Numbered from the stretch's first letter, positions 15,507 to 25,238 are shown. The stretch is DNA of 32,000 bases from an uncultured Desulfobacteraceae bacterium (GCA_903909505.1 CAIVVZ010000485.1:9347-41346); one strand, 5' to 3'. Numbers and translations: made by a program. Notes: a model not told the origin generated them from the sequence alone.

Positions 15507-16943
15507 ATGAAAGAACATTGGACAAATGATCACTGGTACGATTTCCTTGACGATCTGAGTTCGAACTCCGGCAGGTACGTGCCAGTCGTCGGGTCCGAAT
15601 TGATGGTGTATCAAGAAGCAGGGAAACGCATTAGTGTTCACCAAAAGTTGGCAAAACGACTGGCTGCTAAACTACGAGTCGATACGAAGGAACTGTCGGA
15701 ACCATTTGGGCTGATTGAAGTTATACGCACTTATCAATTGCGCCGCAAAGATTTCGTTTCCGCCAAGCCTTACTCCTCTATCGTGGAAATTCTTAACGAA
15801 GAAAAATGGCCCATTCCCGAACCTGTGCGCAAACTGGCATCCATTCGGCATTTCAATTTCTTTTTGAACGCCAGTTGGTTGCCGTTTCTTAAGCTCGCGC
15901 TGGAGCAGGAACGGCAATTCCCAGTGTTTGAGGCAAGCAATATCGTGGGGAAGCCGATGCAGGACTTTGATGATGAAAGTATTGGTGTCGGTCTCTGCGT
16001 ATTCAACTTGTTTGGCAGTGCATCGGCATCATCTTCGGCCAATTCAAACACATTTTCGGTCACCGATGATGACTTACTTGAGTGTATGCATCGCTTGCTG
16101 TCCAACCCTCCATCGAGAACGAGTGCCCACCTACTCGAAAAGAACCGTGAGTTACTTGTTTGGGGATGCAGTTTTTCCAGTTGGTTGGCCCGTTTTTTTC
16201 TCTATAGCCTTGTCAGGACAGTTCCCCTCCAAGCCGGCCAGGCGCGCCGCATGCGGGTGGTTGCAGACGGGCGCTGCACCGGTGATGATTCCTTGCAAGC
16301 GTTTTGGACCAGTCTCAATGCTCCCATCTACGACGGAGAATCCGCAGTGGATTTCATCGATGAGCTTTTTGAACGGTGGCACAAGGAGTTTCCCGCCGTA
16401 CCGGACCCACTGGCGGACGCGCCCCAGTCAATCCTCCTGGACCATAATCCTTTTTCGACCGGAGAAATCTTTATCAGTTATGCGCGAAAAGACGCAGAAG
16501 CGGCAAAAGAAATTGCGGCATGCCTCAGAAATAATGGATTATCGGTCTGGTTGGACTTGGACTGCCTTCAGAATGGTGACCTCTACCGCGCCAAAATCCG
16601 GTCCAACATTCAATATTGTTCTTGTTTCATCCCCCTGATCTCCTCTGAAGCCATTGGAAATGTCGTGGAACTCGGCTTCATGTACAAAGAGGAATGGCTT
16701 TTTGCCAAGGAGCAGGCCGAGTTGAGGCGTGATGGCGGCATGGCGCTTAGCGAATTCATCCTGCCGGTCTGCATCGATCCGAGTATTGATCTCTACGATC
16801 CTCGACTGCCCGACTTTATCCGGGAGCGGCACATCGAGTCATGGGCGGACGGCCCCCCGTCTTCGTGGACCGGGCGAGTGCGAGAGGCCCGCAAGCAATT
16901 TGCAAGAGCAAAAAAGGGGCAACCAAGAAAGGAACAACAATGA
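15507..16943 (+). CDS. C-terminal TIR-domain protein with a possibly degenerate SIR2-like N-terminal region
   Basis: 478 aa. The TIR falls at about 16460-16850: 'GEIFISYARKDAEAAKEIAACLRNNGLSVWLDLDCL...CFIPLISSEAI...YKEEWLFA'. The N-terminal layout ('YVPVVGSEL', 'VFNLFGSAS', 'LLVWGCSFSSW') resembles SIR2_2 strand/loop spacing but lacks the usual His. The stop overlaps the next gene's start (ATGA). Confidence 0.7.
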   Translation: MKEHWTNDHWYDFLDDLSSNSGRYVPVVGSELMVYQEAGKRISVHQKLAKRLAAKLRVDTKELSEPFGLIEVIRTYQLRRKDFVSAKPYSSIVEILNEEKWPIPEPVRKLASIRHFNFFLNASWLPFLKLALEQERQFPVFEASNIVGKPMQDFDDESIGVGLCVFNLFGSASASSSANSNTFSVTDDDLLECMHRLLSNPPSRTSAHLLEKNRELLVWGCSFSSWLARFFLYSLVRTVPLQAGQARRMRVVADGRCTGDDSLQAFWTSLNAPIYDGESAVDFIDELFERWHKEFPAVPDPLADAPQSILLDHNPFSTGEIFISYARKDAEAAKEIAACLRNNGLSVWLDLDCLQNGDLYRAKIRSNIQYCSCFIPLISSEAIGNVVELGFMYKEEWLFAKEQAELRRDGGMALSEFILPVCIDPSIDLYDPRLPDFIRERHIESWADGPPSSWTGRVREARKQFARAKKGQPRKEQQ

Positions 16944-19900
16944 AGAGCACGGGAGCATGCTCAACCGAACGGCCATGGCCGGGTTTATTTTCTTACACCG
17001 AGGCTGATGCAGGCTTTTTCTTCGGCAGGACGCGGGAACTGACGCAGGTCTCATCCAGCATTCTTGCAAATCGCACGACTGTCATATTCGGCCCTTCCGG
17101 AACCGGGAAAACATCTCTACTGCAAGCCGGGGTGTTTCCTGGTTTGCGAGAGAAAGCCATGTTGCCAATTACCGTGCGCCCTCTCGAGTTCAGCCGCTGC
17201 GCGAACTCCCTCTGTACCTACGTCAAGAGTCATTTGCGCGCTAACTGCCTTGAAGAAGGAATCGAACTCGACGAGGAAAGACTTCCGCCCTTGACCTCCG
17301 AAGCAGATGAGTCGCTTTGGGAATACCTCCAACGTGTTGAGATGTGGGGCGCATCTCTCGAACTGGTTGAACCCGTCCTCGTTTTTGATCAGTTCGAAGA
17401 GTGGATGCGTTTGTTTGCCATCGACGATCCGGCCACGCATGAACTTGCCGATGTGATCGAAAACTACGTCCCGCATGCCATCGAGTCACTTCCCCCGTCC
17501 ACAGCGTGGGGGCAGGTTATCGCATCCCGTAATCATCCCTGGCGCGTTGTCTTGTGTCTACGCGAGGATTGCATCGGCCAACTGGAAGACCTCAGCAGAC
17601 GCATGCCTTCCGTCATGCGCAACCGGATACCCTTGCGGCGGATGACCCGCCAACAAGGGCACGAAGTCATCCTTGGTCCTGGTGCTGACATTATCCACAA
17701 AGAGATGGCAGAACGTCTGCTCGATTTTGCCGTCACCGGCGGCCCGCCAAACAGCGGATCCAATTTGCCGTCGATGCAAGACAACCACCCGGTTGAACCG
17801 GCTATCTTAAGCCTGATCTGCCGGGAATTGAACGAAAGACGCATCACAGAGGGAACCCCACAGATCACAGCTCCCGATATGGAAGAAGCGGGGGGCCAAA
17901 TCCTGCACAACTTCTACAAGCAGTGTTTTTCATCGTTCCGCTCATTAACTGCCCAGTGCTTTGTTGAAGATTACCTCATCGACCCCTCGATCACGCCGGG
18001 CCGAACCTTCGCCACAGATGCTCAAGCGATCAACTCAGGGGTGCGCCCGGACGAAATCGAACACTTGATCGGGCAACGTCTGCTCCGACGGGAAACGCGT
18101 CAGAGCGGCACGCACCTCGAACTGAGCCATGACGTACTCATCCAGCCCGTCAAGGAGAGTCGCGACAGCAGGCTGGAACAGCTTGTCCGTGAGGAGGCGA
18201 AACGGACGGCCCGAGAACTGAAAAAACTAAAACGGCAGCGCCAAGCTATTGCCTACATTTTTGCGATCACCGTCGTTGCGCTGGTCATTTCGGTACTTGC
18301 AGTTTTTGCTGTGATCCAGCGAAAGGAGGCGGACCGACAGCGCCGCTTGGTCGAGCTAAAGCTGGATCTGGTCCTTGGTGCCATAGACAAACTAATTTAT
18401 CAGATTCCCGATCAACTGGGCAAGCTGCCGGGCAGCATCCCCATCATCTCCCGCATTCTGGAAGAGAATCTCGATCTCATGCAGCGCCTTCTGCAGTTCA
18501 ATCCCGATTCGGGTTCGCCACGTGCCCAGCGCAATCTGGCCGCCAATCACCTGAAACTCGGAGACCGCTGGCTGCTTATCGGCGACACGAAACACGCCAT
18601 ATCCGCCTATGGCGAGGCGGAAAAACTGCTTCAGACGCTGGACCAACAGCAACAGAGCGCCCGATCGCAACGAGACATTGCCTATCTCAACGAACGCATG
18701 GGCTCGGCACTGCTACGGCGGGGCGACATCGAAGATGCCCGGCAGCGCTACCAGACAGCGCTCTCGATTGACACGGCGCTGTTCAGTCAGCACCCGGATG
18801 AGGTCGAAAACCTGCGCTCTCTGGCGGTGGATTATCAGCATTTGGGGGACGTGGCAGCGCGCGTGGTGGACCATCCCGGCGCCCTGACATTCTATACCCA
18901 GTTCCTATTGGCAGCCGAACGGCTTGCCGACCGACCCGGCACTCCAATGGATCGACGCTACCTGGCCACATCCCAGGACAAGCTGGCCTTGGTTCATGGG
19001 TGGCTCGGGAATCTGCAAGCGGCGCGTTGGCATGCATCCAACTGTGTCGAGCTGACCCGCAGCCTGGCCAACGACGTTCATGATTTGCCGTTTCGACGAG
19101 ATTTTGTCACGGCGCTGCAGAGACTGGGCAATCTCCAGAAGAAAATGGGTGATCCCGGCCAGGCACTGATGACCTTCCGGGAGATGGAGGCCGTTGCCAG
19201 ACAACTGCCGCTGGATCCAGCCAACCTGGACACCCGATTCAACCACGCTTTGGCAATGCGACAAAGTGCCGACTGTCTGGTAGACCTTAACCGTGTCGAA
19301 GAGGCCCTGGCGGTCTATGATGAAACCGAACGGGTTTTTCGTGGCGCCATTCTTGGTGCGGATCCTGAAGACCATACCGTCTATCTGCAGTTGGCGGAGA
19401 TTTTCGGGGGGCGTGCCTGGGCTCATGCTTTGCGGCAAGAACTGAATCCGGCCATTAAGGATTATCTGCGGTGCATCGATACACTGGAGACAATCCCTGA
19501 GATATCACGTGACAAGGTAGTACAGAACAAACTCATGGCCGCCCACACCCGTGTGGCAAAGTTGCTGGACGATCTCGGAGACGTGCCCGGGCGCAACACC
19601 CATTGGCAAGCAGCCGGACACCTGTTCCGCCAGCAATACGGGGATACTTTCCCGGTTGAGGCATGGACGCCCGTCACGCGGGGCCTGCTCTTTCACATCA
19701 TCGGCGAAAGCAACACCACCATCATCGCCGACCTGCGAGAGGATGAGGCGGATAAACACAAGGCGGTACAGGCATCCCGCACACGCGAATCTCTGCGGGC
19801 CTGGAATATGACCTGTGCAAGCCTGGCCACAGCGCTTGCGGATGCGGGCCAATTGCAGGAAGCGGCGCAGATCTACGCGCAGATGCTGGCCACTGCCTCG

Positions 19901-20869
19901 GATTACCTCAAAAACAACGACGATGCAGTGATCCGCGGCGATCTTGCCTACAGCTATCTGAAACAGGGCGAACTCCTGAAACGCGCGGGAGACCGGAATG
20001 GGGCGCTACAGGCACTGACGAGCGCACACGCGCTGTTTAAAAAAGTCGCGGCGGGACAATCCAGGCAGTTCAACATCGTTTACGGTCTTGCCACCATCCA
20101 GCGCGCCCTGGCGGATGAATGTCTTCACCACGCCGCGTCTGGAGACAATCTGCCAAAACGCCTTGAACTTGCCGAAACCTGTCTGGGATACGCCAGCGAG
20201 CTGATCGGTCTGGACGGCGCTCTGCTAAAAACGGGAAAAGCACCCGGAATCAGCGGCATGACGATCCTCCAGGATGCCGAACGCATCGCCCGTCTGTGCA
20301 GCCTGATCCAAAACCGGGAAGAAGCGGCAAAATCGTGGAAACACGTGGGCGATCTATCGCTAACACTCTGGGGGGACGAATCGACCGTTCCCGCAAGAGC
20401 GCTGCTCTTGCAATATGCCAGTACCGCCGCTGACGGTATGTGTGCCGCGGGCCAGCCTGACCAGGCGGTTTCCCTGATCGAGTCCGTGAGCCAGCGCATC
20501 GAGAAAACCATCTCCGGTCCGGCCGACTTCGCAGGGCACCAGCACCTGGCATCGGCCCTTGGTAACCTTTGCTGGCTGCAGCTTCTTGCCGGAAACGGTC
20601 AGGCTGCCATGACTACCGGGTCCCGCGCCGTTGCCCTGATCCCCAATGAGCGCCCCAACCCCGCACGTTTGAACCTTGCCCATGCCTATCTGCTGAGCGG
20701 TTCATTCGACCATGCGAAGGGCCTCCACGAAAAATATTCCGGCACGGTCTTTGAAGACGGCCGACACTGGAACAGCGAGGTGCGTAACGACTTCAGGCTG
20801 TTGCGCGAGGCGGGATTTGACCACCCGGATTTCAAGAAAATCGAGGCGATGCTGAAGGATATGGATTAA
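16940..20869 (+). CDS. STAND NTPase (nSTAND-like P-loop) / single TM helix / long TPR array
   Basis: I place the start at ATG 16940, an ATGA overlap with the upstream stop. The track's 16841 start would overlap the upstream gene by about 100 nt. Walker A is 'IFGPSGTGKTSLLQAG' (about 17090). Walker B is 'VLVFDQFEEW' (about 17378). The TM helix is 'IAYIFAITVVALVISVLAVFAVI' (18247-18316). About 850 aa of TPR-like repeats follow. Confidence 0.8.
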   Translation: MKSTGACSTERPWPGLFSYTEADAGFFFGRTRELTQVSSSILANRTTVIFGPSGTGKTSLLQAGVFPGLREKAMLPITVRPLEFSRCANSLCTYVKSHLRANCLEEGIELDEERLPPLTSEADESLWEYLQRVEMWGASLELVEPVLVFDQFEEWMRLFAIDDPATHELADVIENYVPHAIESLPPSTAWGQVIASRNHPWRVVLCLREDCIGQLEDLSRRMPSVMRNRIPLRRMTRQQGHEVILGPGADIIHKEMAERLLDFAVTGGPPNSGSNLPSMQDNHPVEPAILSLICRELNERRITEGTPQITAPDMEEAGGQILHNFYKQCFSSFRSLTAQCFVEDYLIDPSITPGRTFATDAQAINSGVRPDEIEHLIGQRLLRRETRQSGTHLELSHDVLIQPVKESRDSRLEQLVREEAKRTARELKKLKRQRQAIAYIFAITVVALVISVLAVFAVIQRKEADRQRRLVELKLDLVLGAIDKLIYQIPDQLGKLPGSIPIISRILEENLDLMQRLLQFNPDSGSPRAQRNLAANHLKLGDRWLLIGDTKHAISAYGEAEKLLQTLDQQQQSARSQRDIAYLNERMGSALLRRGDIEDARQRYQTALSIDTALFSQHPDEVENLRSLAVDYQHLGDVAARVVDHPGALTFYTQFLLAAERLADRPGTPMDRRYLATSQDKLALVHGWLGNLQAARWHASNCVELTRSLANDVHDLPFRRDFVTALQRLGNLQKKMGDPGQALMTFREMEAVARQLPLDPANLDTRFNHALAMRQSADCLVDLNRVEEALAVYDETERVFRGAILGADPEDHTVYLQLAEIFGGRAWAHALRQELNPAIKDYLRCIDTLETIPEISRDKVVQNKLMAAHTRVAKLLDDLGDVPGRNTHWQAAGHLFRQQYGDTFPVEAWTPVTRGLLFHIIGESNTTIIADLREDEADKHKAVQASRTRESLRAWNMTCASLATALADAGQLQEAAQIYAQMLATASDYLKNNDDAVIRGDLAYSYLKQGELLKRAGDRNGALQALTSAHALFKKVAAGQSRQFNIVYGLATIQRALADECLHHAASGDNLPKRLELAETCLGYASELIGLDGALLKTGKAPGISGMTILQDAERIARLCSLIQNREEAAKSWKHVGDLSLTLWGDESTVPARALLLQYASTAADGMCAAGQPDQAVSLIESVSQRIEKTISGPADFAGHQHLASALGNLCWLQLLAGNGQAAMTTGSRAVALIPNERPNPARLNLAHAYLLSGSFDHAKGLHEKYSGTVFEDGRHWNSEVRNDFRLLREAGFDHPDFKKIEAMLKDMD

Positions 20870-20949
20870 TACAATATTTTGCAATTTGAATAACCCCTTA
20901 CAGGTTTAGAACCCAATGTGATAGGCTAAGGCGATCAAAAGGAATCATC

Positions 20950-21426
20950 TTGAAATCGATCAACAACACATCACCAGTCTACCAGCATCCGGCTGCGTTA
21001 CTCCAGCACCTCATTCAGTTCGATACCACCAACCCACCCGGCAACGAGGCTGAATGTATCACCTTCAGTAATGGCCTGCTGAACATCCCGGGCAAATTGG
21101 GCAAACAGGTTAGTTTCTTTGATCCGCTTTTACACAACACAGTAGATGCTACCGTTTTGCACGGCAGCGATAAATGCAACGCGATACCGGGCGAAATCTC
21201 CGTGGAACTGGACGGTCGATTGCTGCCGGGTTATCGCCCGGAAGATATGATCGCGGAACTTCATCAAATTGTCGGCAAAGACATAGCGTTTGATGTGATG
21301 ATGCACGATCCAGGGGCATCTGAGCCAGATATGGGGCTGTTCGATACATTGGCCGGCATTTTGCGCAAGGCCGACCCAGATGCAATACCGGTCCCGCTCC
21401 TATGGAGTAAACCATGCCCCACTTGA
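20950..21426 (+). pseudogene. Internally deleted, 3'-truncated M20-family peptidase (ArgE/DapE-like) remnant
   Basis: The N-terminal 'LLQHLIQFDTTNPPGNEAE' is joined almost directly to the dimerisation/C-terminal part ('NAIPGEISVELDGRLLPGYRPEDMIAELHQIV...'). The ~200-aa metal-binding core is missing, and the ORF ends prematurely after 'PVPLL'. Confidence 0.65.
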
Positions 21427-21662
21427 TTCATCGCCCCAAATGCGATAAACATCTTACGATAGTTGGCAAGTTTCTGATCTGTCCAGAGCATGTGCAGGTG
21501 ATTTTGGTCAGGCCCTTCGTACCAATGTGGATCTTTCTCAGCTATGGCCACGACAGCAACGAAGCCCTTGTCAGGCTGGTCACGACTGAACTGGTGAAAC
21601 GCGGACACGATGTCTGGTTCGACAAGGCCGTTTCTTTACATGAGAACCATTGTTCATTCTGA
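21414..21662 (+). pseudogene. Truncated Zn-ribbon + TIR N-terminal fragment (paralog of the 25239 gene's 5' end)
   Basis: 'KCDKH...ICPEHVQVILVRPFVPMWIFLSYGHDSNEALVRLVTTELVKRGHDVWFD' parallels 'KCPEC...CVDCSHEFTVEKPFVPYRVFISYGHDEHASLALRLRDDLRERGHEAWFD'. A stop follows about 55 aa into the TIR. Confidence 0.65.
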
Positions 21663-21911
21663 AGCCTGGAACCGCCTGAGAATACATTGCCTTTTCACTG
21701 CTATAGTTGAAGGCCGGCAACACTGGTGGAAAAATCATCCTTTAACATCTACAATCAATTTGCCTTACATGAATAGCCGGGGATCCTGTTCGAGAAGTTG
21801 GTGATAACGGAATTGCTTCAGTATATCAGGTTTTATTTGCGTGGTTTGACTGGAAGAAGTATGAAACATTTCGATAAATAATATTTTGCTGCTCACTCAA
21901 AAGGAGGCGTT

Positions 21912-24563
21912 ATGACCGTAAAACAGATTCTGGTCACAGGCGATTTTGTTCACGACAACCATATCTATGAAGGACGGCGTTCCCATTACGGTGACAATAC
22001 GAGTGCAGGCGTAAATCTTAAATCGCAACTCGGCGGGGCGGCCCTGGTGCATGATCTTCTGGATCAGCTCTTGATGGTTAAGAATGAGTCGGAGCGGAAG
22101 TGGAAATCAATCTGTGCGCTGGAGCATACTGCAAACAGCAGCGAGGACTGCCATCTCACCCCGGCAGAGCAGGCATTTGCCTTCTGGCGCCCGTTTCAGA
22201 ATGCAGCGACTGATAAACAATTCTGGCGGGTCAGCGAGGCTATGGGGTTTGGTCCCGCCGAAACAACGCCGATGTGTAAAGTATTGCCCCCAGTGGAAAC
22301 AACCAACAAACCTGAAATTTTGGTTTATTCTGAAGGGGGCATGGGTTTTCGGGAATGCAGGGGGAATTGGTGTGAAGACATGCTATCGGATGCCAAATGG
22401 ATCGTGCTTAAAACCACTTCTCCCGTGGCAACCGGGGCTTTATGGATGCACCTTTCGGAAAAATATCATAATAAACTGATCGTGATCGTTTCTGCCCGAG
22501 AACTCCGCAAATCTCCTGCAAGAATGAATGCCGAGCTGTCGTGGGAAGAAACCATTGAGGGACTTATCCGGGAGGTCGGGCCGGAAGGTACTTTACATGC
22601 GTTATCAAATTGCCGTCACCTGATAGTGGCATTTGAATCGGAGGGTGCTCTCTGGCTCGACATAAAAACTGGTTTTTCTGATGCAAGCGCCTGCCTGATT
22701 TATGAGTCCGGTTCAATTGAAGGTGAACATGCTTACGTGACCAAAGGGACGGCCTTCGGTTATCTCTCCTGTCTTGCTGCTGCCGTTACCTGGGGATTAA
22801 CCTCCGACTCCACCAACTTAGATCTTGCCGCGTCCCTTGAGGGAGGGCTTTCTGCGATGAGGGACCTGAGGGAAAAAGGCCACGGACCTGCCAATGACAA
22901 ACCTGATGGTTTCCCAGCCAAGCGTCTTGCAGACGAAATAAAAAAGACTTCATTGCGTTATTCGCGAGCTTTTTTCCGAACAACAGACCTGGCTGCTAAT
23001 GCTAGCCCCGGCTCGGTTTCCGAATGGAGTTTTCTTCGCCAGGCGCAGCGCAACGATGGGCCGGCCTATGACCTTGCACGGCTTGTTCTTCTCCGTGGCC
23101 CCATTGCTCTTGATAACCTGCCGCATCTGAAAGTAGGCAACCTTTTAACAGCTGACCGCATGGAAATTGAAGCCTTTCGCACCCTTGCCCAGGTCATCCG
23201 AAGATATGTGGAGAAGGATTCCGGCAAGAAGCCCCTCTCCATCGGCGTCTTCGGCCCTCCCGGAGCTGGTAAATCCTTTGCGGTTGAGCAAATTGCCAAA
23301 AACCTTGTAAAAAATGTTGAGTGGCGGGAGTTCAACCTTTCTCAGTTCAATGATCCAGTGGACTTAATTGGAGCCTTCCATCAGATCCGTGACCATGTTT
23401 TGCAAGGTAAACTCCCTGTAGCTTTTTTTGACGAGTTTGATTCACAAAATTTTAAATGGCTTCAGTACCTCCTTGCGCCGATGCAGGACGGAAAGTTTCA
23501 GGAAGGGCAACTTACCCATACCTTGGGAAAATGCCTTTTCGTTTTTGCCGGTGGAACCAGTCCTACGTATGATGCCTTCGGCCCCCCGGAAACTTCGGAC
23601 AAAGATGGCATGGAGACTGAACTTCGACAAAAATTTCGTCTTGCAAAAGGTCCTGATTTTAAAAGCCGCATTGAAGCCTATTTAGATGTATTAGGGCCGA
23701 ACCAGCGTCAAATCCTCCAGACAGTTATACCCGAAGACAAGAGGCTTGTTGAGAAAATTAGTGGTCGCGATTTCATCATCGACCAATCTGACATCGTTTT
23801 TCCGGTACGCAGGGCTTTGATGATACGCGCTCAGTTAAAGTGCGGAACGGATGACAAGCTGGAAATGGACGAGGGGTTGATTCATGCCTTGCTACATGTT
23901 GAAAAATATATCCATGGCAACAGGTCCCTGGAAAAAATTTTGCAACCCTTTGCAGCGGCCCAGACCAGTAGCCTGCACAGCTCCCTCCTCATGCCCTTAA
24001 CCCAGCTCTGCATGTACACTGATGGAAAAGCATTTATCTCGTTCTGCTCAAGTGCACCGAAACTGTTTTCCCCTGAAGCGCCTCTGACCAAGGTGCAAAT
24101 TGAAAAAATCGCTCCGGCAATTCATGAAACTTACTGTGAACTTGAAGATAAAAAAGATGAGAAGAAGCCGAAGACAAATAAGGATTTCGAGAGTCTTAAC
24201 GAGTTTTTCAAGAATTCCAATCTCGCCGCTGCAACACGAATGTTAAAATTAATGGCTATTGTGGGACTAACTTTAGAGAATGGAATTGCAAGCGAAGAAG
24301 AGGAAAATTCCGTCAGACACTATCTGGAATATTATCTCCTGGCACTGGCCGATGCTGAGCATGAAGAGTGGATGGAGTGGCACTTCTCTCAAGGATGGCA
24401 TTACAACAAAGATCGAATTAATGAAAAGAAACTCCACCCCTGCTTACTCCCGTTTTCAAAATTGACCGATCCGGATAAGGAAAAAGACCGGAATGCGATC
24501 CGGCATTTCCCTGATTTTGTCCGCAAGGCGGATATGAAAATCATATTCCAAAAACAGCTCTGA
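21912..24563 (+). CDS. PfkB/ribokinase-like (degenerate) / AAA+ ATPase / RyR-domain protein
   Basis: 883 aa with an AGGAGG RBS. The N-terminal 'ILVTGDFVHDNHIYEG...LGGAALVHDLLDQL' resembles the PfkB sugar/nucleoside-kinase N-terminus, and the GAGD anion-hole position reads 'TKGTAFG'. AAA+ Walker A is 'GVFGPPGAGKSFAVEQIAK' (about 23254) and Walker B is 'VAFFDEFDS'. The RyR repeats fall at about 24100-24540 ('IHETYCEL...', 'AEHEEWMEWHFSQGWHYNKDRINEKKLHPCLLPFSKLTDPDKEKDRNAI'). Confidence 0.75.
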   Translation: MTVKQILVTGDFVHDNHIYEGRRSHYGDNTSAGVNLKSQLGGAALVHDLLDQLLMVKNESERKWKSICALEHTANSSEDCHLTPAEQAFAFWRPFQNAATDKQFWRVSEAMGFGPAETTPMCKVLPPVETTNKPEILVYSEGGMGFRECRGNWCEDMLSDAKWIVLKTTSPVATGALWMHLSEKYHNKLIVIVSARELRKSPARMNAELSWEETIEGLIREVGPEGTLHALSNCRHLIVAFESEGALWLDIKTGFSDASACLIYESGSIEGEHAYVTKGTAFGYLSCLAAAVTWGLTSDSTNLDLAASLEGGLSAMRDLREKGHGPANDKPDGFPAKRLADEIKKTSLRYSRAFFRTTDLAANASPGSVSEWSFLRQAQRNDGPAYDLARLVLLRGPIALDNLPHLKVGNLLTADRMEIEAFRTLAQVIRRYVEKDSGKKPLSIGVFGPPGAGKSFAVEQIAKNLVKNVEWREFNLSQFNDPVDLIGAFHQIRDHVLQGKLPVAFFDEFDSQNFKWLQYLLAPMQDGKFQEGQLTHTLGKCLFVFAGGTSPTYDAFGPPETSDKDGMETELRQKFRLAKGPDFKSRIEAYLDVLGPNQRQILQTVIPEDKRLVEKISGRDFIIDQSDIVFPVRRALMIRAQLKCGTDDKLEMDEGLIHALLHVEKYIHGNRSLEKILQPFAAAQTSSLHSSLLMPLTQLCMYTDGKAFISFCSSAPKLFSPEAPLTKVQIEKIAPAIHETYCELEDKKDEKKPKTNKDFESLNEFFKNSNLAAATRMLKLMAIVGLTLENGIASEEEENSVRHYLEYYLLALADAEHEEWMEWHFSQGWHYNKDRINEKKLHPCLLPFSKLTDPDKEKDRNAIRHFPDFVRKADMKIIFQKQL

Positions 24564-24666
24564 AATGTCCAAGTTTGATAACCTGGGAATTGAGGCGGAA
24601 GTGCATAGAAGGTTGCCGGAGTTCCGCCTCATCACAACAAAATTGTTGGGACTGGAGGCAAAAATT

Positions 24667-25084
24667 ATGAAATCTTATCGAGTTTTCGTCAGCTATTCTC
24701 ATGAAAACAAAGACGAAGCGGAAAAAGTTCGCAAACACCTGAAGAACATTGGCACAACGTCTATGTCGGATCATAATTTGGCGCCCGGCATGTCTTTCAC
24801 CGACGAAATCAAGCGCTACATAGCCTATTCTCATCTTTTTATCCCCATCCGTTGGCGATTGGTTCCTTGCAGAAGCAGTCGTTCCGCTGAAAGGTGACTC
24901 CTATCGCCTGACCATGTTCACGCGCCATGGACCGACGGTTATCGATCGCGTAACGGAGTTTGACAATGAACTTGAAGACCTGCTGAAGATGACCGACCTC
25001 AAGGGAAAATCATCGCGATGTTTTGCCATAGACCATCTTAATGATTTGATTGAAAATATCAGAAAAGGGGAATCTGCAAACTAA
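24667..25084 (+). pseudogene. Small stand-alone TIR-like protein, apparently frameshifted near 24826-24850
   Basis: ATG 24667 has GGAGG 8 nt upstream; ATG 24565 is an alternative start. 'YRVFVSYSHENKDEAEKVRKHLKNIG...' is the TIR first strand. The ORF frame stops at 24897. The +1 frame continues with 'LSPSVGDWFLAEAVVPLKGD...' (the expected SxW..E TIR motif) and stays open to TAA at 25082-25084. Confidence 0.6.
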
Positions 25085-25238
25085 ATCATTATTGGAGCAA
25101 TACCCTTGGCCATCTGTTCAGACGATCGAAACCCTCATAACATTCGTTAGGGAGCAACTCACCATGGGCCGCAAAACAGACAAAAACATGAAATAATGGC
25201 AGTAAATCATGTGAATTCAGCAAGAAGGAAATATAATC

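Noticed and set aside
15928-16638. 236-aa plus-strand ORF in an alternative frame
   Set aside because: It overlaps the 15507-16943 frame, which carries a clear TIR domain. The alternative frame has no motifs and an Arg/Pro/Ser-rich composition.
16841-16939. 33-aa N-terminal extension of the STAND gene
   Set aside because: It would overlap the upstream TIR gene by about 100 nt. ATG 16940 gives the classic ATGA stop/start coupling and starts just before the conserved nSTAND N-terminus.
18905-19438. 177-aa minus-strand ORF
   Set aside because: It is antisense to the TPR array of the STAND gene and has no independent support.
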